Counted from the first letter of the stretch, positions 30,825 to 41,039 are shown. The stretch is DNA of 41,039 bases from a virus (IMGVR_UViG_648276644_000012:1-41039), one strand, 5' to 3'. The notes: generated from the sequence alone by a model not told the origin. Numbers and translations: made by a program.

Positions 30825-31097
30825 CTACCTGCCTTGACGAAAGACCTTAAGAACATCGTTAAACTGACTTACGGATATGTCTTCTTTGAGCAGCTTTTCC
30901 AGAAATGCGTTTGGAATGAACGTATATCCCTCCTCTTTTGGTAGGGACGGGAGCAACGCCCTCGCCTCAGCCTTCAGAAGCTCAGTTCTGGCAACTTTCA
31001 CAAAAGAGATTTGAGTTCTTTCATCAATGGAACGAAGGAAGCGCAAACGCTTAGCTTCTTTGTGTGTATCAGGTGGATTAAGTCCTTTGTTTCGCAT
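30825..31097 (-). CDS. Hypothetical protein between cII and O
   Basis: 90 aa from MRNKGLNPPDTHKEAKRLRFLRS; SD GAGGT 6 nt upstream; stop abuts the O-like start. Confidence 0.5.
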   Translation of the reverse strand: MRNKGLNPPDTHKEAKRLRFLRSIDERTQISFVKVARTELLKAEARALLPSLPKEEGYTFIPNAFLEKLLKEDISVSQFNDVLKVFRQGR

Positions 31098-31119
31098 ATA
31101 ATTACCTCGTTGGATGTTA

Positions 31120-31413
31120 TTAAAATTCCATTTGGATTTGTTCAGAACGCTCGGTTGCCGCCGGGCGTTTTTTATTGGTGAGAATCGAAGCAACTTGTCG
31201 TGCCAATCGAGCCATGTCGTCGTCAACGACGCCCCATTCAAGAACAGCAAGCAGCATTGAGAACTTTGGAATCCAGTCCCTCTTCCACCTGCTGATCTGC
31301 GACTTATCAACTCCCACAGCTTCCGCTGTCTTCTCAGTTCCAAGCATTGCGATTTTGTTAAGCAACGCACTCTCGATTCGTAGAGCCTCGTTGCGTTTGT
31401 TTGCACGAACCAT
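31120..31413 (-). CDS. cII: Transcriptional activator cII (lambda type)
   Basis: MVRANKRNEALRIESALLNKIAMLGTEKTAEAVGVDKSQISRWKRDWIPKFSMLLAVLEWGVVDDDMARLARQVA... matches lambda CII as recalled. Confidence 0.9.
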   Translation of the reverse strand: MVRANKRNEALRIESALLNKIAMLGTEKTAEAVGVDKSQISRWKRDWIPKFSMLLAVLEWGVVDDDMARLARQVASILTNKKRPAATERSEQIQMEF

Positions 31414-31492
31414 ATGTAAGTATTTCCTTAGATAACAATTGATTGAATGTATGCAAATAAATGCATACACCATAGGTGTGGTTTAATTTGAT

Positions 31493-31524
31493 GCCCTTTT
31501 TCAGGGCTGGGATGTGTAAGAGCG
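31493..31524 (-). promoter_or_regulatory. nutR (boxA + boxB)
   Basis: Minus-strand boxA CGCTCTTA and boxB hairpin GCCCTGAAAAAGGGC between cro and cII. Confidence 0.7.
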
Positions 31525-31532
31525 GGAATGTC

Positions 31533-32885
<1,353 letters not shown>

Positions 32886-32935
32886 TCCCCACCTCAATCT
32901 CGATAACCAAATAACAAAATATTTTCCGTTTAAAA

Positions 32936-33003
32936 ACAATGGAGTTTGTTTTTTACGCCTCTTATTACAATATTTCTTGTTTACAACATACAATCTTTCT
33001 TGT
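32936..33003. promoter_or_regulatory. oL operators (434 type) with pL
   Basis: ACAATGGAGTTTGT (32936-32949), ACAATATTTCTTGT (32967-32980), ACAATCTTTCTTGT (32990-33003). Confidence 0.75.
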
Positions 33004-33047
33004 AATTTTAAGCCATCAGCAGGACGCACTGACCACCATGAAGGTGA

Positions 33048-33078
33048 CGCTCTTAAAAATTAAGCCCTGAAGAAGGGC
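33048..33078 (+). promoter_or_regulatory. nutL (boxA + boxB)
   Basis: boxA CGCTCTTA (33048-33055) and boxB GCCCTGAAGAAGGGC (33064-33078) upstream of N. Confidence 0.8.
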
Positions 33079-33188
33079 AGCATTCAAAGCAGAAAGCTTT
33101 GAGTAGCGCGAAATGCAGCTGCAAGACAGCAACCGTGGAGATAAGCATCACGGCGCGTTACTCAAAGCTAACTGACAGGAGAATCCAA

Positions 33189-33515
33189 ATGGATGCACAA
33201 ACACGCCGCCGCGAACGTCGCGCAGAGAAACAGGCTCAATGGAAAGCAGCAAATCCCCTGTTGGTTGGGGTAAGCGCAAAACCAGTTAACCGCCCTATTC
33301 TCTCGCTGAATCGCAAACCGAAATCACGAGTAGAAAGCGCACTGAATCCGATAGACCTTACGGTGCTGGCTGAATACCACGAACAGATTGAAAGCAACCT
33401 GCACCGTATTGAGCGCAAGAATCAGCGCACATGGTACAGCAAGCCACGCAGTGAAATGGGTGTGACTTGTGTTGGTCGCCAGAAAATGAAATTAGGCAGC
33501 AAACCACTTATTTGA
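33189..33515 (+). CDS. N: Antiterminator N (lambda type)
   Basis: MDAQTRRRERRAEKQAQWKAANPLLVGVSAKPVNRPILSLNRKPKSRVESALNPIDLTVLAEYH... matches lambda N as recalled (arginine-rich motif). Confidence 0.9.
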   Translation: MDAQTRRRERRAEKQAQWKAANPLLVGVSAKPVNRPILSLNRKPKSRVESALNPIDLTVLAEYHEQIESNLHRIERKNQRTWYSKPRSEMGVTCVGRQKMKLGSKPLI

Positions 33516-33526
33516 GAGGAATTAAT

Positions 33527-34150
33527 ATGTCATCAATCCGCTTAACTACGAGAATGAAAGAGGAAATCGCTCGTAACGCTTTAATTAAGTCTGGGGTTTT
33601 CACTGAACTTGAAGAAGTAACAAAGTTAAAGAACCAGCTTGCACTTGACGCCAGAGTTATTGCGTTTGGCGGTAAAAAGAAAACTGAGGAAGTGGATCAG
33701 TTATCATCCAAGTTGGTAGCTATAAGTGAAGAACTTGAAAAGATGGGATGTTCATTTTACTCATACGGTGTTCGTTCTACTTCAATTTATCTGACTGTAT
33801 CTGGCAGAAGGGTTGGATGGCATTCATATGGGAAAGACGGCAACGGCGAAGATATATTGCTCCCTACTCCAACCAAAGATAAATGCATGTTTGACGCAGA
33901 ACACGAAATAACAAAAAGGTTTGATGAAATCTGCGCATTGCAACAAAACCTTGAAGCCTTGAAAAAGGATATCGAATCAAATGTATGGGCTGCTTTGAAC
34001 TCAGTAACAACAGTTAAGCGACTTATTGAAGTTTGGCCTGAAAGCAAAGAATTGCTACCAAAAGAAGCAGATAAAGCAAGTACAGCACTTCCTGCTTTAC
34101 GGGTAGAAGATTTGAATAAGATGATTGGACTTACTTCCGAGGCCGCATAG
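33527..34150 (+). CDS. Hypothetical early-left protein (ral/sieB-equivalent position)
   Basis: 207 aa from MSSIRLTTRMKEEIARNALIKSG; AT-rich by eye; no recognisable motif. Confidence 0.5.
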   Translation: MSSIRLTTRMKEEIARNALIKSGVFTELEEVTKLKNQLALDARVIAFGGKKKTEEVDQLSSKLVAISEELEKMGCSFYSYGVRSTSIYLTVSGRRVGWHSYGKDGNGEDILLPTPTKDKCMFDAEHEITKRFDEICALQQNLEALKKDIESNVWAALNSVTTVKRLIEVWPESKELLPKEADKASTALPALRVEDLNKMIGLTSEAA

Positions 34151-34166
34151 TCGGCCTTTATTTTTG
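34141..34166 (+). terminator. Rho-independent terminator overlapping the stop of the preceding gene
   Basis: GGCCG-CATAGT-CGGCC hairpin followed by TTTATTTTT. Confidence 0.55.
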
Positions 34167-34284
34167 GCATAAACAACAGAATAAACACTGCACTGTGTAT
34201 TCATTCCAACGAGTGAATACACGGAGCAATGTCGCTCGTAACCAAACAGGAGCCGACTTGTTCTGATTATTGGAAATCTTCTTT

Positions 34285-34311
34285 GCCCTCCAATGTGAGG
34301 GCAGTTTTTTT
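34285..34311 (+). terminator. Rho-independent terminator-like hairpin just upstream of the next gene
   Basis: GCCCTC-CAATGT-GAGGGC followed by AG and TTTTTTT. Confidence 0.55.
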
Positions 34312-34323
34312 GATGGAGGAATT

Positions 34324-34740
34324 ATGGAAATTACAGATATTCTGGTTAATCCAGATAATTACGACCAATTCAATATCTCTACTCAATCAGTTGATTTGGG
34401 TTGTGCAACTGTCAGCGCATGGCTACTTAATGGTAAACAGTTGGATAAATGCCTTGATGCACATATGACGGTTAACAGCTTCCTTGCAGAAAAAACACAC
34501 TGGCAAGATGCTGGAGGGAAATATGCTGGATGGCTTGAAAGCATGGGATTTGAATATCAATCTGATGAAGGTTGGTGGAGCCTTATAGCTGTAACGCCTG
34601 AGACAATAGAATGCTTCGTTAAATACTCAAACGACGATGACTATAAACACCAGGTAGATTCTGCGATAGAAAGATATAAAAGAAAATCATTCAGCCACGA
34701 AATATCATCAGTTCTTGATTTCATAGAAGTCTTCAAATAA
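34324..34740 (+). CDS. Hypothetical early-left protein
   Basis: 138 aa from MEITDILVNPDNYDQF; AT-rich by eye; no recognisable motif. Confidence 0.5.
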   Translation: MEITDILVNPDNYDQFNISTQSVDLGCATVSAWLLNGKQLDKCLDAHMTVNSFLAEKTHWQDAGGKYAGWLESMGFEYQSDEGWWSLIAVTPETIECFVKYSNDDDYKHQVDSAIERYKRKSFSHEISSVLDFIEVFK

Positions 34741-34824
34741 GCCGCCTGAGCGCGGCTTTACCGCATACCAATAACGCTTCACTCGAGGCGTTTTCGTTAT
34801 GCAATCAAATATAAGGAGTTACCC

Positions 34825-34959
34825 ATGATGCACTTTCAGCTCGCGGGTAGCGGCGTCATGTCCGCTTTCTACCCGCACGAATCTGAATTATCACGCCGAG
34901 TTAAACAATTAATCAGAGCAGCAAAGAAACAACTGGAGGCGTTATGCGCAATGAAATAG
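34825..34959 (+). CDS. cIII: cIII-like small protein
   Basis: Manual translation MMHFQLAGSGVMSAFYPHESELSRRVKQLIRAAKKQLEALCAMK; SD AAGGAG 6 nt upstream; pattern AG...ES.L.RR...L resembles lambda CIII; below ORF-track cutoff. Confidence 0.45.
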   Translation: MMHFQLAGSGVMSAFYPHESELSRRVKQLIRAAKKQLEALCAMK

Positions 34960-35096
34960 CCATTAATCACCAGATGCTTCGTGCAGCACAAAACAAAGCA
35001 GTAATAGCCAGATTTATTGGTGATTCCAAAATGTGGCTTGAAGCAAATAAAGCGATGAAATCAGCTATCAACCTTCCGTGGTATCGCAGGAAATGA
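34944..35096 (+). CDS. kil: Kil-like small protein
   Basis: Manual translation MRNEIAINHQMLRAAQNKAVIARFIGDSKMWLEANKAMKSAINLPWYRRK; motif A(R/T)FIGD(S/E)KM resembles lambda Kil as recalled. Confidence 0.5.
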   Translation: MRNEIAINHQMLRAAQNKAVIARFIGDSKMWLEANKAMKSAINLPWYRRK

Positions 35097-35263
35097 GTTT
35101 TACAGATAACTGGTCAGACGAAGAATTCATTCGTCAGATGAAAGAATTAATCGGTAACGAAGGAGATATTCATGTCACTTGCAACCACAGTGAAGGAGAG
35201 CAAGTTACAGAGACGCATGTACACGCAGCAGGCGTTAATGTATCGCCAGAAGGGAGATCGTGA
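35093..35263 (+). CDS. Small hypothetical protein
   Basis: ATG overlaps kil-like stop (ATGA); 56 aa acidic protein MSFTDNWSDEEFIRQMKELIG. Confidence 0.3.
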   Translation: MSFTDNWSDEEFIRQMKELIGNEGDIHVTCNHSEGEQVTETHVHAAGVNVSPEGRS

Positions 35264-35350
35264 AGGTGTTCGCGTATTTTTAAATGCGGCAAAGGCTGAA
35301 GTATTAAATCAGCGTTATTTCCTTGGGCCATGTCCATTCTGAGGTGAATT

Positions 35351-36058
35351 ATGGATTTGAATAAATTCGATGAGCCATTCAGCCCTGAAGATATCGAATG
35401 GCGAATACAGCAAAGCGGTAAAACACGCGATGGAAAGGTGTGGGCTATGGTGCTGGCTTATGTCACGAACAGGGCAATCATGAAACGCCTGGACGATGTT
35501 TGTGGCAAAGCAGGATGGCGCAATGAATACCGCGATATTCCTAACAACGGCGGCGTTGAATGCGGCATATCAATCAGGATTGATTCCGAATGGGTAACCA
35601 AATGGGATGCCGCTGAAAACACGCAGGTAGAAGCCGTAAAAGGTGGTCGTTCCGGTGCAATGAAGCGCGCTGCCGTTCAGTGGGGAATCGGTCGGTATCT
35701 GTATAACCTTGAGGAAGGTTTCGCACAAACATCTCTCGATAAAAAGCAGGGATGGCACAGGGCAAAACTGAAAGATGGAACAGGATTTTACTGGCTCCCT
35801 CCATCGCTGCCTGGATGGGCAATCCCAGCATCAGATAACAAACCATCACCAGAAAATACCAACCAGAAATCACCATCGGTTGACTGCGAACAAATCCTGA
35901 AAGACTTCAGCGATTATGCGTCAACAGAAACTGACAAGAAAAAACTCATCGAGCGTTATCAGCGTGACTGGCAATTAATGGCTGGCAACGAGGAGGCGCA
36001 GGCTAAATGCGTTCAGGTAATGAACATCAGAGTTAACGAACTAAAACAGGCGGCATAA
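35351..36058 (+). CDS. Single-strand annealing recombinase, Rad52/Sak-like core with Erf-like C-terminal tail
   Basis: Core motif GAMKRAAVQWGIGRYLYNLEE (Rad52/Sak-like); C-terminal KSPSVDCEQILKDFSDYASTETDKKKLIERYQRDWQLMAGNEEAQAKCVQVMNIRVNELKQAA resembles P22 Erf C-terminus as recalled. Confidence 0.75.
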   Translation: MDLNKFDEPFSPEDIEWRIQQSGKTRDGKVWAMVLAYVTNRAIMKRLDDVCGKAGWRNEYRDIPNNGGVECGISIRIDSEWVTKWDAAENTQVEAVKGGRSGAMKRAAVQWGIGRYLYNLEEGFAQTSLDKKQGWHRAKLKDGTGFYWLPPSLPGWAIPASDNKPSPENTNQKSPSVDCEQILKDFSDYASTETDKKKLIERYQRDWQLMAGNEEAQAKCVQVMNIRVNELKQAA

Positions 36059-36565
36059 ATGGCAAGCAGAGGCGTAAATAAGGTGATTATCCTTGGTCGG
36101 GTAGGACAAGACCCGGAAGTTCGATACTCACCATCAGGAACAGCGTTCGCTAACCTGACAATAGCCACGTCAGAACAATGGCGAGATAAAAATACTGGCG
36201 AGCAAAAGGAATTGACTGAATGGCATCGTGTTGCTGTATCCGGGAAACTGGCTGAGGTCGTGGGGCAGTATGTGAAAAAAGGTGATCAGATTTATTTCGA
36301 GGGAATGCTGAGAACCAGAAAGTGGAAAGACCAGTCAGGGCAAGACCGTTACACAACCGAGGTTCATGTCGGAATTAATGGCGTGATGCAAATGCTTGGC
36401 GGCATTGGCGACAGCAAACAACAAGCAGCCAGCAGGCAATCACAGAAGCCACAGCAGCAATCATCACCAGCACAACACAACGAACCTCCGATGGATTTTG
36501 ACGACGATATACCCTTTGCACCAGTAACTCTCCCCTTCCCTCGTCACGCTATTCACGCAATTTAA
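36059..36565 (+). CDS. ssb: Single-stranded DNA-binding protein
   Basis: OB-fold N-terminus [44 protein letters not shown]; Gln-rich linker; acidic C-terminal tail MDFDDDIPF. Confidence 0.9.
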   Translation: MASRGVNKVIILGRVGQDPEVRYSPSGTAFANLTIATSEQWRDKNTGEQKELTEWHRVAVSGKLAEVVGQYVKKGDQIYFEGMLRTRKWKDQSGQDRYTTEVHVGINGVMQMLGGIGDSKQQAASRQSQKPQQQSSPAQHNEPPMDFDDDIPFAPVTLPFPRHAIHAI

Positions 36566-36578
36566 TCAGGAGAAAATC

Positions 36579-36872
36579 ATGCCAGCGCCTCTGTATGGTG
36601 CGGATGACGCGCGCCGCTGTTCCGGCAATTCCGTATCGGAGGTGCTGGATAAATTCAGGAAAAACTACGACCGGATAATGTCGCTACCGCAGGAAACGAA
36701 AGAGGAAAAGGAATTTCGCCATTGTATATGGCTTGCAGAGAAAGAAGAACGCGAGCGAATTTACCAGACATCAATCCGACCATTCCGCAAAGCCACATAT
36801 ACCCACTTCCCTGAAATTGACCCGCGCCTGCGTAATTACCGCTCACGCTATGGCGCTATCAGTAATGACTGA
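36579..36872 (+). CDS. Hypothetical protein
   Basis: 97-aa ORF in early-left operon, same strand, tight spacing. Confidence 0.45.
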   Translation: MPAPLYGADDARRCSGNSVSEVLDKFRKNYDRIMSLPQETKEEKEFRHCIWLAEKEERERIYQTSIRPFRKATYTHFPEIDPRLRNYRSRYGAISND

Positions 36873-37043
36873 GGAATTTACCATGAGAGGACTTGCATAC
36901 AATCCCGGCATTCTTCCGGCAGAAATGATTATTCGCCAACGCGTAAAGCCAATGCCATCGAGAGAGGAATTGCTTAAGAGAAAGAGTTTCGGTTCTGTTA
37001 ATGACAACAAATATCTGAATGCTATGTGGCGGAGTGGGAAAAA

Positions 37044-37583
37044 ATGAAACAAATGTCACTAATTGAGATGGATGGTTTTCTGAAAGGTAAATGCTTCCCA
37101 CGAGATTTAAAGGTTAACGAAACAAACGCTGAATATCTGGTGCGTAAGTTCGGTGAGCTTGAATCAAAACTGGAAACGGCGTTGCGGGAGTGTCGTTCTG
37201 CTGGAATCACGATTGATAACCTTGAGGCCAAGTGCGCGGCGCTTACGGCAGAGAATGCGGGGATGAAGTCTGATATTCCACTTGGTGCCATCGAGAATGG
37301 CATAGCGTTTGCAGACCGTTTAGAGAATTACCAGTTCGAGTGTGAAGGCGGAAATCTAAACATGTGCAGTGATTGGCAGGAGTTTCGCCGTTGCTTCGAG
37401 TACTTATCTGAATGGGCAATGCATAGCCAGACAGAGCACCCAGCCACCGACGCCTTCATGGCTGAAGTTCGGGCGCAGGGCGTGGAGATGTTCGGTCAGT
37501 ACCATAACTTCAGCGAAAAGCTATTCATCCAGAAAGAGGCACAGAAATTCGCCGCCCAGCTTCGCAAAGGAGGCAACCAGTGA
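37044..37583 (+). CDS. Hypothetical protein
   Basis: 179 aa from [12 protein letters not shown]; coiled-coil-like middle. Confidence 0.5.
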   Translation: MKQMSLIEMDGFLKGKCFPRDLKVNETNAEYLVRKFGELESKLETALRECRSAGITIDNLEAKCAALTAENAGMKSDIPLGAIENGIAFADRLENYQFECEGGNLNMCSDWQEFRRCFEYLSEWAMHSQTEHPATDAFMAEVRAQGVEMFGQYHNFSEKLFIQKEAQKFAAQLRKGGNQ

Positions 37584-38131
37584 GCAAGATTGATTATCAG
37601 GCACTGCGTGAAAAGGAAGAGAAAGCAACGAGTGGTGTGTGGTCGCTCGAATATGGAGAGGAGAGATTTGATGCTGGTGATGCGCTAATTCATCGTGAAG
37701 TTGTTGGATATCTTCCCATTTGCAGAATTGAAGGAGCGCATCCTGAAAGCGGTTTCGATGAAGATTTCCAAATGGAACAGCAGGCCAATGCTGAATTCAT
37801 CGCCGCAGCCAATCCAGCTACCGTCTTGGCGCTGCTGGATGAACGGGAAAGAAACCAGCAATACATCAAACGCCGCGACCAAGAGAACGAGGATATTGCG
37901 CTAACGGTAGGGAAGCTGCGCGTTGAGCTTGAAGCAGAAAAACAGCGGGCAAAAGTTCTATTTATGGAAAATGCTCGGCTTAAGTCAGGCATAGCCGGTC
38001 TGATACACCTCGGTATTCGATATGCAGATGTTGAGGTCATGAAAATTGCTGGAGATGCCCAGCTTTCTACCCCATGCACTGACAGCATCATAAACAGCAT
38101 TGCAACAGGCATTCGCATCAAAGGAGAGTGA
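37580..38131 (+). CDS. Ead/Ea22-like early protein
   Basis: GTG start overlapping previous stop; N-terminal [21 protein letters not shown] resembles Ead/Ea22 family proteins of lambdoid early-left regions. Confidence 0.45.
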   Translation: MSKIDYQALREKEEKATSGVWSLEYGEERFDAGDALIHREVVGYLPICRIEGAHPESGFDEDFQMEQQANAEFIAAANPATVLALLDERERNQQYIKRRDQENEDIALTVGKLRVELEAEKQRAKVLFMENARLKSGIAGLIHLGIRYADVEVMKIAGDAQLSTPCTDSIINSIATGIRIKGE

Positions 38132-38132
38132 G

Positions 38133-38654
38133 ATGGCCACTTTCACCGACAAAGAACTGATTAAAGAAATCAAAGAGCGAATCGGCAGTCTGGACGTGCG
38201 AGACAATATTGAGCGCCGGGCTTATGAAATTGCTCTGGCATCGCTGGAAGCGGAGCCTGTAAGCCAAACTTACAACTTGCCAGAATTAATCGAAGGCATG
38301 GAAGTTTCCATTGATGTAAGCACTTGTGATGCTGATTTAGGTAATCGCTATTTCGGCACCGTCACCGAGGCGCTAGAACTTGATACAGCCAAGAATGGTT
38401 ACATCCTCCTGGTTCAGGACGCAGAGCCAAACTTCGATGTAAATAGCAACTCTCCGGTAACTCCGGATGGTTGGATAAGCTGTAGTGAGCGAATGCCAAG
38501 CGAAGAAGATGTTTTGGTTTATTGCTCAGACACAAAAGAGCAGATGGTAGGGTTTCACAAAGGTAAAGGGTTATTTCAATTCTTTTACATGAATGGTGTT
38601 GAGGGGGTATGTGAGCCGTCACACTGGATGCCGCTACCAGAGCCTCCACTTTGA
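38133..38654 (+). CDS. DUF551-like domain protein
   Basis: C-terminal WISCSERMPSEEDVLVY...GVCEPSHWMPLPEPP resembles the DUF551 signature common in enterobacterial prophages. Confidence 0.5.
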   Translation: MATFTDKELIKEIKERIGSLDVRDNIERRAYEIALASLEAEPVSQTYNLPELIEGMEVSIDVSTCDADLGNRYFGTVTEALELDTAKNGYILLVQDAEPNFDVNSNSPVTPDGWISCSERMPSEEDVLVYCSDTKEQMVGFHKGKGLFQFFYMNGVEGVCEPSHWMPLPEPPL

Positions 38655-38750
38655 AAGCGAAGCTTATACATATCTTTTACATCAGCAATCTATTGTTAAT
38701 CTCCAATCAATGTTACGTTGTCATCTCACTCATGCTTTGGAGGTAGTGAT

Positions 38751-38930
38751 ATGTCTTGTCCAAAATGCGGTTCTGGAAATATTGCAAAAGAAAAAACAAT
38801 GCGTGGATGGTCTGATGATTATGTGTGCTGCGATTGCGGATACAACGACTCTAAAGACGCATTTGGAGAGCGTGGTAAAAACGAGTTTGTCAAAATTAAT
38901 AAAGAACGCGAAGGCAACGAAAAAAGCTAA
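38751..38930 (+). CDS. Small zinc-ribbon protein
   Basis: 59 aa with CPKCGSGN...CCDCGY (two CxxC pairs). Confidence 0.5.
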   Translation: MSCPKCGSGNIAKEKTMRGWSDDYVCCDCGYNDSKDAFGERGKNEFVKINKEREGNEKS

Positions 38931-38995
38931 TTTATTTATTCATATATGAAAACAATGTAACCAATATTCGAATTGAAGAACTGAAAGAACACCAA

Positions 38996-39016
38996 GCCGC
39001 CTGATGGCGGTTTTTT
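38996..39016 (+). terminator. Rho-independent terminator at the end of the early-left operon
   Basis: GCCGCC-TGAT-GGCGG hairpin followed by TTTTTT. Confidence 0.65.
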
Positions 39017-39061
39017 ATTGCCTGATTTGCAGGTTCGATTCCCTATTCGGAGATAGCACTC

Positions 39062-39262
39062 ATGCAACACGAACTACAACCTGATTCACTGGTTGATTTG
39101 AAATTCATCATGGCTGATACTGGCTTTGGTAAAACCTTCATCTACGACCGGATTAAGTCCGGCGACCTGCCTAAAGCCAAAGTTATCCACGGTCGAGCAA
39201 GATGGTTATATCGTGACCATTGTGAATTCAAAAATAAGCTCTTAAGCCGCGCCAATGGGTAA
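39062..39262 (+). CDS. torI: Excisionase / recombination directionality factor (AlpA/TorI family)
   Basis: 66-aa winged-helix protein at the prophage end opposite the integrase, directly before the att core; size and position match KpLE1 TorI; symbol assigned from context. Confidence 0.6.
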   Translation: MQHELQPDSLVDLKFIMADTGFGKTFIYDRIKSGDLPKAKVIHGRARWLYRDHCEFKNKLLSRANG

Positions 39263-39337
39263 AATAGCGGGTAAAATATTTTTCACATCTAAAAAACACC
39301 ATTCCAATCAATCCCCTGCCGCGTCAAGTAGATGTCT

Positions 39338-39352
39338 GCAGGGGACACCAGA
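39338..39352 (+). other. attR core: direct copy of a tRNA-Arg (argW-like) 3' end
   Basis: CTGCAGGGGACACCA equals the 3' acceptor/CCA end of E. coli tRNA-Arg(CCU) as recalled; lies between excisionase and host gene. Confidence 0.5.
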
Positions 39353-39791
39353 TACCCTTCAAACGAAATCTACCTTCACCCCGTAAAAGATGGGTTTGGC
39401 AGCACACTTGCCTTATATCTACTCATTTTTACTGCAACAGGTTGAAATCTCAGCACTGTCAGAAAGCGCTGATGACTAAACAGCCCTGGGCCGGGCGATG
39501 TAACCATCACACAGAATCCTGATAGCGAAATATGGCGTGACTCGATACTTCACTCCGCAATGCATTCCTTGATGAATTCGCAGGACCGTGATACACGGGA
39601 CAGGTCACTGAATGACGACAATGTCCTGGAAATCAGCGAACCGCGCATCTGAAGTACATTTGAGCGACTGTACCAGAACATGAATGAGGCGTTTGGATTA
39701 GGCGATTATTAGCAGGGCTAAGCATTTTACTATTATTATTTTCCGGTTGAGGGATATAGAGCTATCGACAACAACCGGAAAAAGTTTACGT

Positions 39792-41039
39792 CTATATTGC
39801 TGAAGGTACAGGCGTTTCCATAACTATTTGCTCGCGTTTTTTACTCAAGAAGAAAATGCCAAATAGCAACATCAGGCAGACAATACCCGAAATTGCGAAG
39901 AAAACTGTCTGGTAGCCTGCGTGGTCAAAGAGTATCCCAGTCGGCGTTGAAAGCAGCACAATCCCAAGCGAACTGGCAATTTGAAAACCAATCAGAAAGA
40001 TCGTCGACGACAGGCGCTTATCAAAGTTTGCCACGCTGTATTTGAAGACGGATATGACACAAAGTGGAACCTCAATGGCATGTAACAACTTCACTAATGA
40101 AATAATCCAGGGGTTAACGAACAGCGCGCAGGAAAGGATACGCAACGCCATAATCACAACTCCGATAAGTAATGCATTTTTTGGCCCTACCCGATTCACA
40201 AAGAAAGGAATAATCGCCATGCACAGCGCTTCGAGTACCACCTGGAATGAGTTGAGATAACCATACAGGCGCGTTCCTACATCGTGTGATTCGAATAAAC
40301 CTGCATAAAAGACAGGAAAAAGTTGTTGATCAAAAATGTTATAGAAAGACCACGTCCCCACAATAAATATGACGAAAACCCAGAAGTTTCGATCCTTGAA
40401 AACTGCGATAAAATCCTCTTTTTTTACCCCTCCCGCATCTGCCGCTACGCACTGGTGATCCTTATCTTTAAAACGCATGTTGATCATCATAAATACAGCG
40501 CCAAATAGCGAGACCAACCAGAAGTTGATATGGGGACTGATACTAAAAAATATGCCGGCAAAGAACGCGCCAATAGCATAGCCAAAAGATCCCCAGGCGC
40601 GCGCTGTTCCATATTCGAAATGAAAATTTCGCGCCATTTTTTCGGTGAAGCTATCAAGCAAACCGCATCCCGCCAGATACCCCAAGCCAAAAAATAGCGC
40701 CCCCAGAATTAGACCTACAGAAAAATTGCTTTGCAGTAACGGTTCATAAACGTAAATCATAAACGGTCCGGTCAAGACCAGGATGAAACTCATACACCAG
40801 ATGAGCGGTTTCTTCAGACCGAGTTTATCCTGAACGATGCCGTAGAACATCATAAATAGAATGCTGGTAAACTGGTTGACCGAATAAAGTGTACCTAATT
40901 CCGTCCCTGTCAACCCTAGATGTCCTTTCAGCCAAATAGCGTATAACGACCACCACAGCGACCAGGAAATAAAAAAGAGAAATGAGTAACTGGATGCAAA
41001 ACGATAGTACGCATTTCTGAATGGAATATTCAGTGCCAT
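39792..41039 (-). CDS. cscB: LacY-family oligosaccharide:H+ symporter (sucrose permease CscB-like), host gene
   Basis: 415 aa, 12-TM MFS protein with LacY-family motifs (GIVQDKLGLKKPL, FEYGTARAWGS, GTRLYGYL...KNALLIG); csc locus is known to lie near argW in some E. coli. Confidence 0.7.
   Translation of the reverse strand: MALNIPFRNAYYRFASSYSFLFFISWSLWWSLYAIWLKGHLGLTGTELGTLYSVNQFTSILFMMFYGIVQDKLGLKKPLIWCMSFILVLTGPFMIYVYEPLLQSNFSVGLILGALFFGLGYLAGCGLLDSFTEKMARNFHFEYGTARAWGSFGYAIGAFFAGIFFSISPHINFWLVSLFGAVFMMINMRFKDKDHQCVAADAGGVKKEDFIAVFKDRNFWVFVIFIVGTWSFYNIFDQQLFPVFYAGLFESHDVGTRLYGYLNSFQVVLEALCMAIIPFFVNRVGPKNALLIGVVIMALRILSCALFVNPWIISLVKLLHAIEVPLCVISVFKYSVANFDKRLSSTIFLIGFQIASSLGIVLLSTPTGILFDHAGYQTVFFAISGIVCLMLLFGIFFLSKKREQIVMETPVPSAI

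Noticed and set aside
34229-34468. 79-aa ORF starting between the two terminators
   Set aside because: Overlaps the downstream gene in a different frame; likely non-coding regulatory DNA, although a short peptide or sRNA is not excluded
39027-39042. Possible tRNA gene upstream of the excisionase
   Set aside because: Only a T-arm-like 16-mer is present; no acceptor, D or anticodon arms can be formed from flanking sequence

Overview
Almost the whole window (1 to ~39352) is one apparently complete P22-like temperate podovirus prophage with a mosaic lambdoid control region; only the last ~1.7 kb is host DNA. Identifications rest on reading the six-frame translations against remembered protein families; no database search or composition statistics were run. 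Layout, left to right: a P4-family tyrosine integrase (IntS-like) at the window start; an AT-rich O-antigen modification island (AT3 acetyltransferase, a truncated second AT3 gene, a membrane-anchored SGNH esterase); a tailspike with a P22 gp9-type N-terminus and an embedded SGNH esterase domain; the P22 immI region (ant, arc, mnt with Oarc/Omnt); a lipoprotein plus secreted-protein moron pair; P22-order ejection, tail, head, portal and terminase genes (minus strand); an Rha gene; lambda-type lysis genes (S, R, Rz/Rz1); pR' and lambda Q; a nin region (NinH, RusA, YbcO-like, Rha-KilAC, NinF, NinD, NinB); DnaB-type helicase and O-like initiator with iterons; cII; 434-type cro and cI with three oR and three oL operators (ACAA-N6-TTGT); a secreted protein translationally coupled to cI; lambda N with nutL; early-left accessory genes, a Sak/Erf recombinase and SSB; and a TorI-like excisionase next to a 15-bp tRNA-Arg 3'-end-like attR core. 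The host gene at the right edge is a LacY-family permease (CscB-like). The most interesting candidates for undescribed biology are (i) two paralogous secreted proteins placed at the two classical superinfection-exclusion positions, one fused to the cI stop codon, and (ii) an esterase-type tailspike sitting beside phage-encoded O-antigen acetyltransferase genes.
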